35,411 nt of DNA from a virus, in the IMG/VR virus record IMGVR_UViG_3300038956_000205, positions 1-35,411 of that record, one strand, 5' to 3'. The stretch's first letter is position 1; the number at the start of each line of letters is the position of its first letter. Made by a program: the position numbers and the translations under genes. Of this stretch, positions 1 to 9,900 are shown in pieces. The notes beneath the pieces were generated by a model, which made no database searches, had not been told where the DNA came from, and saw only the letters and a list, made by a program, of their open reading frames with translations.

Positions 1-11
1 GGTGAAAAAAC

Positions 12-422
12 GTGGCTGATGCTATCAGAATCGAGATTAAAGGCATTCCTCAGTTACAGGCCAAATTTAAGCAGATTGATAATGATATGCAGAAAGCACT
101 TTTGGAAGGTCTTGTCGAGGGTGGTGCTCTCGTTGTCAATACTGCAAAAGGACGAGTGGCATACAAAACAGGTAACCTGAAAAACAATATCAAAGAACAA
201 AAACAGTCGATGTCAGGAGGAAAAGCCCAGGTCGATGTCGGAGTTACTACGGTCCCTTATGCTGCCAGGATCGAGTTTGGATATACCGGACCTGACAAAC
301 TCGGAAGAAGATTTCACCAGGCAGCACAGCCTTACATGAGGAATTCTCTCGATGAAAACGGGAAAAAAATAGACAATATAATAGAATCAAAATTAAAAGC
401 AGTCATTGCGAGGTATAGATGA
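12..422 (+). CDS. HK97 gp10-like neck/tail-completion protein
   Basis: 136 aa, GTG start after GGTGA RBS; motifs 'TGNLKNNI', 'VPYAARIEFG', 'AAQPYMRNSLDE' typical of the gp10 family; lies upstream of the tail terminator. Confidence 0.8.
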   Translation: MADAIRIEIKGIPQLQAKFKQIDNDMQKALLEGLVEGGALVVNTAKGRVAYKTGNLKNNIKEQKQSMSGGKAQVDVGVTTVPYAARIEFGYTGPDKLGRRFHQAAQPYMRNSLDENGKKIDNIIESKLKAVIARYR

Positions 423-793
423 GCTTGATAGATGAGGCAGTCCGGGCGGTACTTCTCGCGAATTCTACAGTTTCCGGGCTTGTAGGTACTCGTATATATC
501 CGCTCCAGCTTCCCCTTTCATGCACATTTCCAGCAATCTCTTACTCTTTTCCTTCAGACAATTACACAAGAGTGGCGAGATCTGCCAGGCTTCAGGTGGA
601 CTGCTGGGCTGAAGATTTCACGCAATGCAAGAACCTGAAAAATGCAGTAGAAGCCGCTCTGGATGGATATTCGGGTACAGTTTCCGGTATCAATATCGAA
701 GGCATTTTTCCAATTTCTCCGTATGATCTCCCTCCGGATGAAACGGGGCTTTTTCACATTCCATATGATTTCAAAGTTATCTATAGACATTGA
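419..793 (+). CDS. tail terminator (DUF3168/gp11-like)
   Basis: 'VSGLVGTRIYPLQLP..TFPAISY', 'RLQVDCWA', 'AVEAALDGYSG'; ATGA overlap with the previous gene; position before the tail tube. Confidence 0.8.
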   Translation: MSLIDEAVRAVLLANSTVSGLVGTRIYPLQLPLSCTFPAISYSFPSDNYTRVARSARLQVDCWAEDFTQCKNLKNAVEAALDGYSGTVSGINIEGIFPISPYDLPPDETGLFHIPYDFKVIYRH

Positions 794-802
794 GGACAGA
801 AC

Positions 803-1609
803 ATGACGACATACCAGACAAGCGCGCAGCACAGCGAAACTATCCGCTTCGGTTCTGCTAAAATCGAAGTGGGAGAAACCGAGGAGAGTCTCGTAAACCT
901 GGGGCTCGCAACCGGGGTAAAATTCACCGAAGAATATACGCCTGTTGTCCTGAAACCCGACAATGCCCCTGAAATCGTTGTCGGTGTAAAAGACCACAGC
1001 GCAACCGTTGAATTCGAGATGTGGGAAGTCAACCTCACAAATCTCAACCTGATCCGAGGCGGGATTGATACCCTCAGCAGCGTTGAAGGTTCGGCAACTT
1101 CTGTAAGCGCAGAAACCCATACACTGACTGATACTAAATTTGTCAGGCTTGCCCACAAGAACGGCGACGGCTCCGAGGTAGCTTCGATTGAAGTCACTGA
1201 CTCATCGGACAATGCTGCAACAAGAAACACTGACTACGTGGTTGCAGTCGATGAAGAGGGCTATACCTGCATTGCCAGGGTTGCAACTTCAACCGTAATT
1301 GCAGACGGCGACAGCGTGAAAGTCAACTATACCTATACTCCAAATGCTGCAACAACCCTCTCAACAGGTGGTAAAAATACGGTATCCGCCAGAGTGGTCA
1401 GGCTCACGAACACCAATGCAGCTGGCAAGAAGTTCGAGATCACCGTTTACGCCGCGAAAAACCAGGGTGGCATCGAACTTGAACTCCCAGCAGATGACGG
1501 AGACGAGCCACTGAAGCCCACGATTACCTTGAAAGGTATATGTGATACTACAAGGACGGCAGGCGACCAGCTGTTCAAGATTGTAGATGAGCAAGGTGTA
1601 AGCGCATAA
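803..1609 (+). CDS. major tail tube protein, probably with an inserted beta domain
   Basis: 268 aa, acidic and Thr-rich; 'FGSAKIEVG', 'LGLATGVKFTEE', 'ATVEFEMWE'; lies between terminator and chaperone. Confidence 0.75.
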   Translation: MTTYQTSAQHSETIRFGSAKIEVGETEESLVNLGLATGVKFTEEYTPVVLKPDNAPEIVVGVKDHSATVEFEMWEVNLTNLNLIRGGIDTLSSVEGSATSVSAETHTLTDTKFVRLAHKNGDGSEVASIEVTDSSDNAATRNTDYVVAVDEEGYTCIARVATSTVIADGDSVKVNYTYTPNAATTLSTGGKNTVSARVVRLTNTNAAGKKFEITVYAAKNQGGIELELPADDGDEPLKPTITLKGICDTTRTAGDQLFKIVDEQGVSA

Positions 1610-1636
1610 TTTCCCAGGAAATAAAGGTGAAAGAAA

Positions 1637-2029
1637 ATGTCCGAAAATGGTCTGCTAAAAGATTTCGATATCCTTGCTCCTCCAAAAAGAATTGCCCGGA
1701 TCGGAGGGGAGGAAATAGATGTCACAATCGTTCCTGCGAGAGCTGCCCTGAAGTTCATCAGTTACACAAAAAAATACAGCGTTAAATCGCTTGAATCTAT
1801 GGATCAGGACAGCTTTGACCCTGGTATGATTGATGCTATTCTCGAAGTTGTTGAACTTGTATGCAAGCGGTCAAGCACGAAAATTACCCGCGACTGGCTT
1901 CTTGATAATGTAGACATCAAGGTCCTTATGGAGTTCGTGCAGTATGTCTTTGCAGGCATGAAAAATGTAAGCTCTGAAGAATCCTCCTCCAGAGAAGAAG
2001 GAAAAAACTCGGAATCTGGGACATCATAA
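1637..2029 (+). CDS. tail assembly chaperone (lambda gpG analogue)
   Basis: 130 aa between tail tube and tape measure; ends just after a slippery heptamer. Confidence 0.75.
   Translation: MSENGLLKDFDILAPPKRIARIGGEEIDVTIVPARAALKFISYTKKYSVKSLESMDQDSFDPGMIDAILEVVELVCKRSSTKITRDWLLDNVDIKVLMEFVQYVFAGMKNVSSEESSSREEGKNSESGTS
2002..2008 (+). other. -1 programmed frameshift site A AAA AAC
   Basis: In-frame codons GGA-AAA-AAC; the -1 frame is open from here through 2280 (KKLGIWDIITQLGQMYAW...). Confidence 0.75.
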
Positions 2030-2280
2030 CCCAGCTTGGACAGATGTACGCCTGGGCGACTCCGGAGAAGCTTCTCGATGAAATGAGTCTGGAACAGTTG
2101 ATCTTGTTCTATCGGTACGGATGGGAAGCAAGGAAAACTGACGCTCAGGTATATTGGGGTGTTCTCGGTCAAGCTCTCCAGGGCACGGAAGCCGGGGAAA
2201 AGGTACAGGGTCTTGAGAAGTTCAGAGAAGCGCATCCGGACGCAAAGATAGAAAACGGTGCTTGGATAGTGAGCAGGTGA
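2008..2280 (+). CDS. frameshift extension of the tail chaperone (gpT analogue)
   Basis: ORF-track 2044..2280 extends upstream without a stop to the slippery site. Confidence 0.7.
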   Translation, partial: LGIWDIITQLGQMYAWATPEKLLDEMSLEQLILFYRYGWEARKTDAQVYWGVLGQALQGTEAGEKVQGLEKFREAHPDAKIENGAWIVSR

Positions 2281-2284
2281 TTTT

Positions 2285-5071
2285 GTGGCAGTAGGTGAGC
2301 TTGTTGTATCAATTATAGGAGATATGCGAGAACTTTCCAAGACTTTCGCCAAGGTCCAGACTGAAATAGATGGTATCGGAAAAAAGTTTCAGAGTGTGGG
2401 AAGTACCCTTAAAAATACTGGAAAAACGATGTCTACCTACATCACTGCTCCTTTGGTAGGCATAGGCGCAGTTTCCCTTCATACTGCAGCTAATTTTGAC
2501 GACTCAATGCGGAAAGTCCAGGCTGTTTCGGGTGCAACTGGATCAGATTTTGAAAAACTTTCAAATCAGGCTAGAGAGCTTGGAGCGACCACGGCATTCT
2601 CGGCAACCGATGCAGCGGACGCAATGTATTACCTAGCACTCGCAGGCTGGGACGTCAACGAGATCATGGACGCCACGCCTGGGCTGCTTTCGTTGGCAAG
2701 CGCGGCAGGTATGGATCTCGGCGAAGCGGCAGATATCGTAAGTGACACAATGTCAGGTTTCACGATGACCGCTGACCAAGCTGGGAGAGCGGCTGACGTT
2801 TTTGCAACCATCACCTCAAGCGCAAACACTGATGTACACCAGCTAGGCGAGGCTATGAAATATGCTAGCTCGACGGCAAACGCTGCAGGTATGGACCTTG
2901 AGCAGACTGCAGCAGTGCTTGGAGTTCTTGCAGATTCCGGTATCAAGGGAAGCATGGCTGGAACTACATTTAATGCTATGCTTCGGGATATGAAAAAGAA
3001 TGCTGACGACGGCACAATTGCGATCGGGGAACACACGATAGCCCTATACAATCAGGACGGGACTATGCGTGACCTCGGCAGCATCATGGCAGAAGTAGAA
3101 AAAGCTACCGAGGGAATGACTGACAAACAAAGAGATGCTGCTCTAAGTGCGATTTTCCAGGAAGAGTCCATAAGGGGAGTTAACATCATGCTTGCCACGG
3201 GCTCAGAGCGGTATCAAGAACTTGAAGAGAAGTTAAGAGACTCGGAAGGCGCAGCAAAGGACATGGCTGACACCATGGAAGGAGGTGTTGGCGGGGCAAT
3301 TCGAGAGATGGAGTCCGCTCTTGAAGAACTCTCGATAGTTATTGGGAATATAATAGCCGTGGGATTCACTCCACTTATAAAAGATATCACTGAACTGGCA
3401 AACAGGTTCTCGGAACTCCCTGCTCCGGTTCAACAAACCGTTGTAGCTATAGGAGCGTTATTGGTGGTAATTGGATCGCTCCTCGTAATACTCGGCTTGG
3501 CTGCCTCTGCAATCGGTTCTATAGCTACATTATTCGGCGCAGGTGGTGCTCTCGCTACAGCAATGACGTTTATTTCTGGAACAGTGATCCCCGCGCTTGT
3601 GACCGCTTTAGGAGCTATCCTTTCACCTATCGGTCTTATTGCTATCGCAGTTGCAGCCCTGGCTCTTGCATGGAAAAACAACTGGTTCGGAATAAGAGAT
3701 ACTGCTAACGCTGTTTGGTCATGGCTGAAAACTTCCTTGAGCAATTTAGCAAACGATTTCAAAACGGCTTATACTAATATCATCAATCAGGGAAACACTT
3801 TAAAAACACTGTTTGGCAATGCCTGGAATTCAATTATAACCCTCTACAATTCATTAAAAACTCAACTGATTAATGCAGTAAATACACTTGCGACCAGCTT
3901 AGCAGCTTCATATAATAAGATAGTGGCAGGAGCTTCAAGCCTGCTTGATTCATGGAGAACTCACTGGACTAATTTCCAGGCAACTATCAGCGCAGCTGCA
4001 GGGACGATATCAAACTATCTCAGTACACTGTACTCAAACATTCAGGCCCGGTTTGAAAGCATCAAAACTGCAGCCTCTTCCATTCTTTCGGCTTGGAAAA
4101 GCCACTGGTCGAGTTTCCAGTCTGCGACCTCGGCAGCTGCTTCAACACTGTCAAGTGTACTTTCTTCCATGCACTCTTACGTTCAGAGCCGGTTCAACCA
4201 GATCAAGAGTGCAGCATCCTCTATTCTCTCAGCCTGGAAAACTCACTGGAACAATTTCAAGAGCGCAACAAGTTCAGCCGCGAGTTCAATTAACAGCGCG
4301 TTAGGCTCAATGCTGTCTTATGTTCAGAGCAGATTCAACTCCATAAAATCTGCAGCCTCTTCCATTCTCTCAGCCTGGAAAACACACTGGTCAAATTTTG
4401 TAAGTGCAACATCTTCAGCAGCGAGCAGTATAAGCAGCGCACTGTCATCCATGCTCTCAAATATGCAGAGTAGGTTCAACTCGATAAAATCAGCCGTGTT
4501 AAGCTTACTGAACGATTGGAAAACGCGCTGGAATAACATTGTAAGCTCCACCAAAACAGCAGGCTCACAGGTCGTAAATGCAGTAAAAGGTATAGCCTCT
4601 GATGTAAAAGCCCTGGTATCAAGTTTCTCAGCTGCAGGACGGGCTATCATGGACGCTCTGTATGACTCGATTACAAGCGGGTTCAGTAAGGCAATTAAAA
4701 AGGCCAAGGACTCCCTGAAGGAACTGAAATCTTACCTGCCTTCTTCACCGGCTGAAAAGGGTCCTTTCCGTGTTCTACCTAACTGGGATGCCGCTTTTTC
4801 AGATCCTATCGAAGCTTCAATCAAAAAAGTCAGGTCCATGTCTGGAGATCTGAGAAGCGCACTATCAGGACTCAGAAGCCCTATAGATTCTTCTCTATCA
4901 GCTGGATTCAGCAGGATCTCGAATATTACAAACTCTTATACCACGTACGGAGGGGACACCATAAACATTGGTCCCAATACCATAAGCAATGGTATTGACC
5001 TGCAGGCAATAATCGCAGAGATCGAAAGACAAACCGCAAACAAACGCAGGGCAAGGGGGCTTTACAAATGA
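2285..5071 (+). CDS. tape measure protein (TP901-like core)
   Basis: 928 aa; 'FDDSMRKVQAVSGATG', 'T.FSATDAADAMYYLALAGW', 'GIKGSMAGT'; central hydrophobic stretch; Trp-periodic Ala/Ser repeats. Confidence 0.95.
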   Translation: MAVGELVVSIIGDMRELSKTFAKVQTEIDGIGKKFQSVGSTLKNTGKTMSTYITAPLVGIGAVSLHTAANFDDSMRKVQAVSGATGSDFEKLSNQARELGATTAFSATDAADAMYYLALAGWDVNEIMDATPGLLSLASAAGMDLGEAADIVSDTMSGFTMTADQAGRAADVFATITSSANTDVHQLGEAMKYASSTANAAGMDLEQTAAVLGVLADSGIKGSMAGTTFNAMLRDMKKNADDGTIAIGEHTIALYNQDGTMRDLGSIMAEVEKATEGMTDKQRDAALSAIFQEESIRGVNIMLATGSERYQELEEKLRDSEGAAKDMADTMEGGVGGAIREMESALEELSIVIGNIIAVGFTPLIKDITELANRFSELPAPVQQTVVAIGALLVVIGSLLVILGLAASAIGSIATLFGAGGALATAMTFISGTVIPALVTALGAILSPIGLIAIAVAALALAWKNNWFGIRDTANAVWSWLKTSLSNLANDFKTAYTNIINQGNTLKTLFGNAWNSIITLYNSLKTQLINAVNTLATSLAASYNKIVAGASSLLDSWRTHWTNFQATISAAAGTISNYLSTLYSNIQARFESIKTAASSILSAWKSHWSSFQSATSAAASTLSSVLSSMHSYVQSRFNQIKSAASSILSAWKTHWNNFKSATSSAASSINSALGSMLSYVQSRFNSIKSAASSILSAWKTHWSNFVSATSSAASSISSALSSMLSNMQSRFNSIKSAVLSLLNDWKTRWNNIVSSTKTAGSQVVNAVKGIASDVKALVSSFSAAGRAIMDALYDSITSGFSKAIKKAKDSLKELKSYLPSSPAEKGPFRVLPNWDAAFSDPIEASIKKVRSMSGDLRSALSGLRSPIDSSLSAGFSRISNITNSYTTYGGDTINIGPNTISNGIDLQAIIAEIERQTANKRRARGLYK
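3929..4560 (+). repeat. 141-bp (47-aa) tandem repeats in the tape measure gene
   Basis: 'AASSILSAWK(S/T)HW' starts at 4070, 4211 and 4352; diverged copies lie one period on either side. Confidence 0.9.
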
Positions 5072-5415
5072 GCTTTTTATCAGTGACTTTCGCAGGTCTG
5101 CCAGTCTCAGCCTATCAAGACAGTGAAATCAATTACGTGATTGTGGCTAAAGAAGTGCAGCTCTACAAAGGAGACTACTTCGCTGCATTGAGTCAGAAGA
5201 CCCGGACGTTCCCCCGGTCATTTGATTGCTACACGGAAGATTATACCGAAATATCCAACCTTGCAAAGAAAATTGGCACTTTCGAAACTCTAACTATAGA
5301 GGGCGAAAACTTCTCAGATTGTTACATCTCGGACCTCGGAGCTATCAAGGAAGTTGTCCGGGGGTCCGGGAAATTCACATACTCAATAAAATTCTCGAAG
5401 GTCGATCAACATTGA
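5068..5415 (+). CDS. distal tail (Dit)-like protein
   Basis: 115 aa immediately after the tape measure gene with ATGA overlap; call is mainly positional. Confidence 0.5.
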   Translation: MSFLSVTFAGLPVSAYQDSEINYVIVAKEVQLYKGDYFAALSQKTRTFPRSFDCYTEDYTEISNLAKKIGTFETLTIEGENFSDCYISDLGAIKEVVRGSGKFTYSIKFSKVDQH

Positions 5416-5540
5416 CAGCAACAGAAACAGCGTCCCTTACGGTCATTGATATCAAATCTAGGGACCGCGAGGGCAACATAACCGAGCATATCAGGATACA
5501 TCCAGATGGAAAAGAGGAGGTCTTAGTATCGCGACGCTAA
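5412..5540 (+). CDS. small hypothetical virion protein (42 aa)
   Basis: TTG start overlapping the previous TGA; 'IDIKSRDREGNITEHIRIHPDG'. Confidence 0.5.
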   Translation: MTATETASLTVIDIKSRDREGNITEHIRIHPDGKEEVLVSRR

Positions 5541-5914
5541 CCGATAAGGCACTTGAAGCAGCTGCAAGAATGATTATAGGGGCGTCCCCTCCTGATCCTT
5601 TTGTCTATATGGCTACAGGGACGGGGGCAAGGGCCGAAAGTACCGCCGACACTGCATTAGAAAACGAAAACACGCAATACGGAGCACAGAGGGCGCAGGC
5701 GACCGTATCTTATGTCAGTCTTGGGATTTCACAGTGGTCTATTCTGTATGCCTTCACTGGACCAGTGACAATCAGGGAACTGGGGATATTCAACGCTCCC
5801 GTAGGCGGTGACATGTTCTTAAGGCATGTGCTCTCGGAAAATAAAACCTATTCCGACGGTGAGAGCGTCGAGATCACGATTACGAACACAAATACAAGGG
5901 TAACATCCATCTAA
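5528..5914 (+). CDS. tail/baseplate-associated virion protein; probable start ATC at 5528 (track start 5570)
   Basis: 'FVYMATGTG', 'DTALENE', 'TIRELGIFNAPVGGDMFLR' resemble phage tail-fibre N-terminal/baseplate proteins; GAGGAGGT RBS lies 6 nt before ATC-GCG-ACG. Confidence 0.6.
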   Translation: MATLTDKALEAAARMIIGASPPDPFVYMATGTGARAESTADTALENENTQYGAQRAQATVSYVSLGISQWSILYAFTGPVTIRELGIFNAPVGGDMFLRHVLSENKTYSDGESVEITITNTNTRVTSI

Positions 5915-5927
5915 GGAGCTCTGGAAA

Positions 5928-6524
5928 ATGGTCACGCTTAATATCGTTCCTGTCGACGATCCCCCTTATACCGTGGATGATGACGGTGCTATCCACATCG
6001 TTCTGAAGGATACTGCTAATACCTACGCAGACGGCAGCAACCCGCAAAAAGATTTTATTGTCATTCCGAAAGAGCAAACGATGCAGGGTCTAAACAAGGC
6101 TCTGATCCTGGCTAAGGAAGAGGCAATCGATTATTTCAGGAAGGAAGCTGAACGAATCGCTTATAGGCACTTGGTAATTACCGGAATGAACCATGTCACA
6201 ATTCCCGAAGTGATCTTCTCAGGAGACCCTGCCGGATACGAGAAGGTCGAGAAAATAGGAGTCAACAAAGACGAAATCATCATTGCAGATTCAATAGACG
6301 TTAGGATTATAAGTGCTGATATATGCGAAGTATCGGCTGCTGTTCTTGGAAAAGATCAGGACAGATCCCAAGCAAGAAATGTGAAAATCACATGGAATAG
6401 AAACGAGGGTCTTGATTCATGCCGGGACAAGCTAATCACGGCATATAATAACATAATTTCAACACCAGAAGACGCTATTAGATCACAGCTTATACAAGGA
6501 ATTGGTACAGTAGTACCGGAATGA
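5928..6524 (+). CDS. hypothetical virion protein
   Basis: 198 aa, GGAG RBS, within the tail operon. Confidence 0.6.
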   Translation: MVTLNIVPVDDPPYTVDDDGAIHIVLKDTANTYADGSNPQKDFIVIPKEQTMQGLNKALILAKEEAIDYFRKEAERIAYRHLVITGMNHVTIPEVIFSGDPAGYEKVEKIGVNKDEIIIADSIDVRIISADICEVSAAVLGKDQDRSQARNVKITWNRNEGLDSCRDKLITAYNNIISTPEDAIRSQLIQGIGTVVPE

Positions 6525-6534
6525 GGTGATAAAT

Positions 6535-6918
6535 ATGGCACTTTCGAAAACACCAACTCTTATACTTGACAGCGTAACCGTAGCAGCAAACAGCGCAAGT
6601 GCCGCAAGTACAGGCGTGGACCTGAACGATGCGGTTGACTTCGGCATTGGATACCAAATGACGTTTCACTCAAGCGCAACAAAGGGCGCAAGAATAGACC
6701 TCTATGCAGATCCTGCAGGAGCTTCACAAAGTTTCACCATCGGGACTTATGCCGATCCCTGCGACTCAGGGGACGTTCAAGTCGATGCGGGGCATCAGGT
6801 ACAGGGATTTATACAGATGCAGAGAGCCGCCCGTTATGTAAGGGCTAGAGTGGTAAACCTTGACACTGGGCAAGCAATAACAGGCTGTTCACTCTGGGCA
6901 ATTGTGCAGAAACCTTAA
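6535..6918 (+). CDS. hypothetical beta-rich virion protein
   Basis: GAGGTGA RBS before ATG 6535; Ala/Gly/Thr-rich. Confidence 0.6.
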   Translation: MALSKTPTLILDSVTVAANSASAASTGVDLNDAVDFGIGYQMTFHSSATKGARIDLYADPAGASQSFTIGTYADPCDSGDVQVDAGHQVQGFIQMQRAARYVRARVVNLDTGQAITGCSLWAIVQKP

Positions 6919-6939
6919 AACCTTCTCCAGGGTGGAAGC

Positions 6940-9900
6940 GTGAGTATAAACCCTTATCTCGCTTGGAAGTATAAGCTAGAAGTCCATGTCACTGGATTTT
7001 CGACGACTGGCGACTTTTTGGCTAACATTACCCTTCTCTATCGTCCAGGGATGCGGGCAGATTTCAGGGATATAAGAGCCTCTACCAAAACAGGGGCGAA
7101 AATTCCTCTGTTTATCGAGTCTGTAACGGAGTTCAACCAAGCTTTTATCTGGTTTAAGCTGCCTCAGAATACCGATTTCTTTTATCTGCACTACGGAAAC
7201 GGCGGGGCAACTTCCGAAAGCGACGGTAAGAAGGTTTTCACATTCTTTGACCACTTCGAGAAACTAGACTCGACGGTCTGGAGAACGATAGCAGGCTCGG
7301 CGACTGTCTCAGGGTCTATACTCACACTTCAAAACACATCACAAAGCAGCGTTTTAGAAAGCTACTCGACATTTCCCCCTAACACAGTGGTGGAAATCAA
7401 GGCACAGTACAACGCAGGCAACCGCACAATCTTTGGATACCGGAGTTACAGCTCACAAAAAGCAGCAGCTTGGCAGAGCTCGGCAGTAGGAGACGCGAAT
7501 AATCAGAGGTTCGCTCACAACGGATCTACTGGAAATTGGGACTCCGATGGCGTTAACAGGGCAGGGGGTTCCTATTATGTTTATGGAGTCGCCCACATTG
7601 TTACAGGCCCGCTTTACTACGTCAATTATACCTATCGCGGGACCATTACAGATTACATCCCCGGAAACGTCTCCCTGCCTGTTCAGTTCTATTGCTACTC
7701 AAATACAGGACCATTCAGGGTCGATTGGGTTAGGGTTAGGGATTTTGATGCGACCCTACCAACTCTCACGATAGGGCGGAAGTTCACAACCCAGCCTAAA
7801 GGATTTCCCTGGGATAATGCAATTACAGAGGCAAATACCAGGATGGGAATGTATCCATCCGTAAATATAAAGTCATTTTTAAAAAATATTAATACTAAAT
7901 TAGGAATGAAAGCGAGCGTAATGTTCAGACGGCCGCTTTTCTATAGCCCCCAGCTCAGAAGTCCTTATCCTCGCTGGAAATACAAAGGAGAAATAGAACT
8001 TGGAGAACAGGAGAGCCCGGCACGGGTCCGGCTCCCTATCCTCCCAGGCATGGCCCTCGACGGTCGAGACCTCAGATATACAGATCTCGACGATAAAGAG
8101 CTAAAATTTAACATCTTTGATACTGGGCTCGACTTCCTGGACTGCTGGGTCGAGATCCCTGCAGGGACCACCCGGATAAAATTTTATTACGGTAACGGAG
8201 TCGCTAAAACAAAGAGCGACCCCTCTATAGTCGGAGTCCCACAGACAGAGACGATCGTAACCGTAACCCCCCATATAGGCGGAGGGGGCGACGTCTGGCA
8301 GTTTCCAGGCTGGGAATATCAGCAGGACGTTAACCTCTCGGCGACTTCCTCGGCTACCGGAGGCGAGCAGATCCTCCTCTCTATTCCATACCGTCCAGGC
8401 ATGACAGCAGACGGCAGAGATTTAAGATTTTATGACCTGGCAGGGAATAAGCTTTCGTACTTCTTAGAAACCATTACATCCTCGACATTTTCGGTATGGG
8501 TTAAGCTTCCTGCAGATCATGATAAAATTATAATGGTTTTCGGCAACGGTCTTGCTACCTCTGAAAGTTCTGCATCGGATGTTTTCGACCTTTTTGATGA
8601 TTTCGAAGGGTCTACTCTTGGGTCTGAGTGGACTCTAGAAGGAGGGACGGCCTCAGTTACTAACTCTACTCTGGTATTAGGTAGTACGGAACGTAATAGT
8701 TTAATCCGGGGATCTTCTACTTTCGGACCTGGCCATATATTAGAAATGAGGATGTACCACCCGAACCAAAACCAGACCATTTGCGGGTTCTGGTCTGCAT
8801 CTAATCAGAGGGCCTGCTGGTTAGGGGCTTCGGGGACAAATTACAATGATCATACACATACTTATAACGGTTCTAACTCTACAATTATAGACGATGGAAT
8901 AAATAGAGGCGGTACAACATTCCACAAATACGGAATAACTTACGAGGCTGGTAGTGTTGGTTTTTTCGTGGATGACAATTACCGTCGAACCATGACCGTA
9001 ACAACCCCTTCTGGATCTATCCCGATTTCGTTTTACAGTACCGTAAATAAAGGTAATCTAGTCGTCGATTGGGTAAGGGTCCGCAAAATTACCAATATAA
9101 CCGGGACTCTCGGAAAGCTGACAAGGAAAACAGGGGCGATATATTACGAGACCACGACCGAAACAAGTATCGAAATTATACCAGAGATACAGCTCTCCCA
9201 CCGCCCACAGTGGAAGACTCCGCAAATTTATTATGAATACATAAAGTTACCCTCGTCTTTTATGGGGATGGCCCCAGGAGAGCCGACATTTAAGGAGCGT
9301 CGAGAGCTTGGCGATTATGCTATTGTATCCTGCGAGGTTAACAGGTCCATTAATGACGCTTATATGCAGCTCTCGACCGAGTTTCAAAACCTTACTGTCC
9401 CACCAGAAGGCAGCACGATAAAACATAATGCATATGACTCGCATGGCGACCCTCACTTATTATTCCATGGAAAAATAGTAACTAATTCGCCGACTCACGG
9501 ACATTATTCCCAAACCGTGAAAATGCACGCGGCGGATGACAGTATAAACCTAGTAACTCAGCCAGTCCCCTGGGTATATCAGGTAATTGATACAGCAGTG
9601 GATACAGTCCCTAACTGGCTTGTAAGGATTTTAGAACCTGAAAAGTCTGGGGTGTATCCTAAAACGCTTATAGATACTAACAAAGAGCCTAAACAGTTTG
9701 TTTTCGATCCTAAAACCAAAAAACTAGAGGCAATAAAAGAGCTTGCAAAATACGCAGGATGCCTGTATCAGACGAAACTCATAACAAGAGAAATTGATGG
9801 GCATATAATCACAAGACCAGAATTTTATTTTGTGCCTCCAGAACGGATTGACGAGCCCGTTAACGGCTTTGACCTTCCTGCCCCCTTAATCCTTGATGCT

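Noticed and set aside
554-4707. Antisense and overlapping ORFs in the track (554..1156, 781..1230, 1804..2352, 2629..3051, 4324..4707 and similar)
   Set aside because: They are shadows of well-supported structural genes, with no RBS or recognisable motifs
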